Source of the DNA: Antedon mediterranea | Taxonomy: Eukaryota > Animalia > Echinodermata | Assembly: GCF_964355755.1 (NCBI RefSeq) | Contig: NC_092675.1 | Span: 26,446,912 to 26,510,911 of the forward strand | Reading direction: 5' to 3' | DNA length: 64,000 nt | Shown: positions 58,540 to 64,000 of the stretch, piece by piece | Layout of the letters: each line of letters opens with the position of its first letter | How positions within the stretch are numbered: the stretch's first letter is position 1 | Position numbers and translations under genes: made by a program | The notes under the pieces: generated by a model | Databases searched by the model: none | Told to the model about the DNA's origin: nothing | The model's input: the letters and a program-made list of their open reading frames with translations, nothing else

Positions 58540-61130
58540 AGTACAGGGAAATTTTCGAAAAATGGCCGATTTTCGACCCTTTTATTTTTTGACGTAAATG
58601 GTTACTATATAATAAATGTGCACAAAATGTGCACAAAATAATGTGCAGAGTCGAATAATTGGTTCTGCGCATGTCAATTGTGCTATCATAACCATATTTG
58701 ACATAAATGGTTACTATAGCACAGTTGACATGCGCAGAACCCATTATTCGACTCTGCGCATGTTTATTATGCTATAGTAACCATTTATGTCAAAAGTAAG
58801 TGGTTACTTTCGACATAAATGGTTACTATAGCATAAGAAACATGCGCAGAGATGAATAATGGGTTCTGCGCATGTCAATTGTGCTATAGTAACCAGTTTT
58901 GACATAATGGTTACTATAGCACAATTGACATGCCCAGAACCCATTATTCGACTCTGCTCATGTTTATTATGCTATAGTAACCATTTATGTCAAAAATAAG
59001 TGGTTACTGTTGACATAAATGGTTACTATAGCATAATAAACATGCGCAGAGTCGAATATAGTACAGGAATTTTTTCAAAAATATGGCCAATTTTCGACCT
59101 TTTTATTTTTCGATAAAACTGGTTACTATAGCACAATTAACATGCGCAGAACCCATTAGTCGCCTCTGCGCATGTTTATCATGCCATACTAACCATTTAT
59201 GTCAAAACTGGTTACTGTAGCACAATTGACATGCGCAGAACCCATTATTCGTGTCTGCGCATGTTTATTATGCTATAGTAACCATTTATGGAAAAGGGAA
59301 ATTTTCGAAAATTTGCCGATTTTCTACCCTTTTATTTTTTGACATAAATGGTTACTATTGCATAATAAACATGCGCAGAGTCTTATAATGGGTTCTGCGC
59401 ATGTCAATTGTGCTATCATAACCATATTTGACATAAATGGTTACTATAGCACAATTGACATGCGCAGCTGAACCCATTATTCGACTCTGCGCATGTTTAT
59501 TATGCTATAGTAACCATTTATGTCAAAAGTAACCACTTATTTTTGACATAAATGGTTACTATAGCATAATAAACATGAGCAGTTTCGATTAATGGGTTCT
59601 GCGCTTGTCAATTGTGCTATAGTAACCATTTATGTCAAAACTGGTTACTATAGCACAATTGACATGCGCAGAACACATTATTCATCTCTGCGCATGTTTA
59701 TTATGCTATAGTAACCATTTATGTCAAAAAATAAAAGGGTCTAAAATCGGCCATTTTTCGAAAATTTCCCTGTACTATAGTACAGGAATTTTTTCAAAAA
59801 TATGGCCAATTTTCGACCTTTTTATTTTTCGATAAAACTGGTTACTATAGCACAGTTGACATGCGCAGAACCCATTATTCGACTCTACTTAGTTATTTCG
59901 TTATGGGTAGTAAATGGTTACTATAGCATAATAAACATGCGCAGAGACGAATAATGGGTTCTGCGCATGTCAATTGTGCTACAGTAACCAGTTTTGACAT
60001 AAATGGTTAGTATGGCATAATAAACATGCGCAGAGGCGAATAATGGGTTCTGCGCATGTTAATTGTGCTATAGTAACCAGTTTTATCGAAATATAGCCAT
60101 TTGATCGTGAAAAACTTCGTGTACTATAGTACAGGGAATTTTTCGAAAAATGGCCGATTGACATAAATGGTTACTATAGCAATAGTAACCATTTATGTCA
60201 AAAAATAAAAGGGTCGAAAATCGGCCATTTTTAGAAAAAAAAATGGTTCTGTACTATAGTACAGGGATTTTTCAAAAAATGACAAATTTTCGACCTTTTT
60301 TTATTTTTCGATAAAACTGGTTACTATAGCTATAATCATATTTGACATAAATGGTTACTATAGCACAGTTGACATGCGCAGAACCCATTATTCGACTCTG
60401 CGCATGTTTATTATGCTATAGTAACCCTTTATGTCAAAAGTAGTGGTTATACTTTTGACATAAATGGTTACTATAGCATAATAAACATGCGCAGAGACGA
60501 ATAATGGGTTCTGTTCATGTCAATTGTGCTATAGTAACCAGTTTTGACATAAATGGTTACTATTGCATAATAAACATGCGCAGAGGCGGTTCTGCGCATG
60601 TCAATTGTGCTATAGTTAACCAGTTTTATCTAAAAATAAAAAGGTCGAAAATTTGCCATTTTTTGAAAAATCACTGTACATGGAAATTTTCCAAAAAATT
60701 GCCAAATTTCGACCCTTCACTATGGCCCTGTAAGATGATAACACCATATATGCGCATATATAGCAATATTATGGCAAAATGATTGATTTTTAAAAAGTGG
60801 ATATTTTGGCCTTTTTTTCGAAAAAATCCCTGTACTATAGTACATGGAAATTTTCCAAAAATTGCCAAATTTTGACCCTTTCATTTTTTACATATTCTAG
60901 TCACTATGGCACTATAAGATGATAACACCATATATGTACATATATGGTAATATTATGGCATAATGATTGATTTTTAAAAAGTGGATATTTTAGCCTTTTT
61001 TCGGGAAAAAAAAAAAAAAAAAAAAAATGGGGCGGTTTTTCCACACAAAAAACCTGTACTACAGTATAGAGATTTTTTTCCAAAACAACCAAATTTTGGC
61101 CTTTTTATTTTTCGACCTAACTGGTTACTA
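58540..61130. repeat. Complex fold-back array of ~95-bp palindromic units plus a linker repeat, followed by a ~180-bp tandem duplication
   Basis: Unit TTGACATAAATGGTTACTATAGCA-caattg-ACATGCGCAGA-14nt-TCTGCGCATGT-ttatta-TGCTATAGTAACCATTTATGTCAA, roughly 15-17 full or partial copies in both orientations. Confidence 0.9.
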
Positions 61131-64000
61131 TGACTAAGAGATGATAATAATGCAATACACGCATATATAGCATAACATTTTGGTAATTTTCAGCATCAAC
61201 ATTTGTTCAAAGGTAAAAAATGTAAAAATATGGATTAAAAAAAGCATAAACCAATGTATACAACAACTTACTTAATTTTTTATTATGTGTTCACATTTAC
61301 ACAATAGGCGATGCAGACATGTACTGAGGATAACCCTAGTATACACGAATGACTCGTGAATTTATATTACAAACGAAATACCCGTATAACCAGAATAACT
61401 TATTAAATGCATCAGCGTAACAATGATAAATTGATTTTTTTGCAGAAAACAAATCAATAATTAGCTATAAACATTTTAGGATAGTAAATTCATATTGAAG
61501 TTAATGGGATAAAATCATTTCAATGTCTTCAAAACTTCTCATCTTTTAACATGCTACAAACTATTTGCAATTTAACATTTTTTGTTTTTTAGCACGTTGT
61601 GCAGGAAACGTAGGATAAATAGTTCATCAAAAAAATATTCATTCTTTTTAATATGTCCAAATAATCAGATAATCTGTAATACTGAAGTATATAAATGATG
61701 GATGAAAGGAAATCCCTATTTTCATAACGAGTTGAACAATCTTTAAAAATGGAATAGGAGAAAGTGGGTGGGGGGTGTAATTTATAGTGAATGTCTTTTG
61801 ATGAACGAAAATGTTTTAAGTACAGTATACACAATTATAGGAATCTTGTTATAAAATATAGTTTAGATACAATACAGGTATAATAGAACACATGCAATTG
61901 ACAGGCACAGAACCAATAAAATACTGAATGATATACTGACAATTAATTAATTATATAAATATTTGTCTTCAGCTAAACACTGTAGTTGTTTTTTATTTTG
62001 TCTCCAAGTATTGAGGCCAACCTACTCTTACCTGTAATGTGTTGGTTTCTATCAGTAATCTGCCATTGGATTAATATATTGTAAATGTAATGATGTGTTT
62101 AGAGGTTTGTCAATGCGCTAACAAATAATTTTACAAACTGAATATTTTACTGTTTTCATCACCTTACTATAACTTAACAGTTGCAAAATTATTGCAGTTT
62201 ATATAAAGTATAGCATGCAAAAGAGGAATTAATTACTTAAAAAGTTGTGTACTACTTCTAGTTTTAACAAAATTAGAAAGGAATAGTTTTAAATATATAC
62301 TACTGAAAATAGTGTTTATTTACATTCTAATCTAGTTATGCAGATGTATGATATACCATTGTAAACAAATTTCATTTGAAGCTCAATGAAATATAAATAA
62401 TGGCATATCTCTTACATATAGTCTATTATTATTCACATTAAAACTTTAAAACAAGTCTTAATAATCGTATAATTACATACTTTAAAACAAGTAAGTGGGT
62501 TCAACTATGTTTAAAAATAATATAATGATGTTGCAACGAGGTATGTATAAGAACAGAAAGAGGGGTTGAGAAAATTTACAATTGTGTTTATGTTTTTAAT
62601 ATACCCCATTGTATTCAATGGTATTTGCAACTGTATGTAAAAACTGTTTTCATCAATGTTAACATTTAAATGATCTAGGCAATAGTTTAAATGTCGTACA
62701 ATATGGGATAATATAGGCCTACTAAAGATAAAAAACATTACTGAAACAATAAAATATATATTCAGGTAGAAAGTATACACATAAAGAGAAAAGTAATTTA
62801 TTTTACCAAAAATCTAAGAATGTATATATAAAAATTCAGCAAATACAATATGAGTAAACGTTCCATTTATGCCGCATTCAATAACAAATATATTCATAAT
62901 AATTTGGGCATAAAATGTTACTTTACTTTTAAAAAGATGGTTCTTTACAGACACCATGTACTATTATATACAAGTTTAATATATTATCACAATAATCGTA
63001 CATAAACCCTGCTTGGAAAATTCCTAAATGTGTTAAATAAAATGTCAGAGGTCATCTTTTTTAAATTATAAACTTTCCACATGATTAAAAAAGTAAATAT
63101 TAAGATTACAATATTTACTGAAATTGAATTGGCATACCAAAGTAGGGCACACCCATATATACATTGAAAACTGAATTAAACTTTTAAAGGAGACAGGAAC
63201 TACTTTAAAATTTGGTTTAGGATCAAATCTGTTAAAATGTTTTACAGAGATTCAAACTTCATAACCATACTATTCAAATATTTCACAACATTTTGAAGGA
63301 TGTTTGAAGGATATTTTATATTATATTTAAACATAACATTACTGTACATGAAAACAGCACCATTTAAGGGATCACTACAGCAGTTATGTAACAAACAGCG
63401 TTTCTTTATTTCAGTAATGCTCTACAACTTAGGAATTATAACCTGCCAGTAAAGAAACCGGCAATAGTATTTCAAACAGACTGTTTATAACAATGTTTTA
63501 AATTAAAAATTGAAATGTCTTTGTAATACGTATGTAGAATCCGTAATAAATATTATCTTTACACTCATACATGAGCACTGATGCTTAGCAAATGTTGTAT
63601 AGTGCTACAGGGGTGTAGGGTTATGGGGGAGAGTTGTGCAGAACTGGTGTTGAGGAATATGTAAATTTAATTTACCAGTATTCACCTGCATGCACGTTTT
63701 TCACAAGACAGTATTATATTACAAAATACTGTATAGTTGATATGTTTAAAATGAACAACATTTATTGTGAGTTTTGTCAATTCAAGGTCAGAATTCAGAA
63801 GGATTTTGGTTCCAAATTGAGTTCATTAAAAGTATTATACAGTACATTAACTCGGTCTTGGAACAATTCGGAAAGCATAAATACAAAATGGTAAATCCTG
63901 CAGCAGAACTTTAATTGTAAATGAGAAGTATATGAAACATATTTTAAACTGGCTTTTCATAAATTAAATACTTTTTCTCTCTAAAAACAAGTCCAGAACT

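Noticed and set aside
58499-61092. Short ORFs in the fold-back array
   Set aside because: Translations of palindromic repeat units on both strands, with no protein-like features.
61400-64000. Possible neighbouring gene at the right end
   Set aside because: Only short AT-rich ORFs with no recognisable motifs or consistent splice structure; could be intergenic or a UTR but this is unsupported.

Overview
AT-rich eukaryotic (metazoan) genomic DNA. Bases 1-56591 hold most of one + strand, intron-rich ankyrin gene, the invertebrate co-orthologue of ANK1/2/3 (ANK2/unc-44-like). The host is probably an invertebrate deuterostome such as an echinoderm, which is an inference. I reconstructed about 50 GT-AG exons by hand with consistent reading phase. 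They encode ANK repeats ~6-24 (mostly 99-bp phase-0 exons), the linker, ZU5-ZU5-UPA, the death domain, two giant exons (10,113 and 3,282 nt) placed after the death domain, and a tail with obscurin-binding-like motifs. The 5' end of the gene lies upstream of the window. Notable features: a ~41-copy 39/40-aa coding tandem array with higher-order structure, a duplicated ZU5 cassette exon like that of human ANK2, several frame-preserving microexons, and candidate alternative C-termini. Introns carry a non-autonomous Helitron, Harbinger- and Tc1-type MITEs and a 20-bp palindrome flanked by a 7-bp direct repeat. Downstream of the gene is a ~2-kb array of self-complementary ~95-bp hairpin units in mixed orientation. 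All coordinates were read by eye and no database searches were run.
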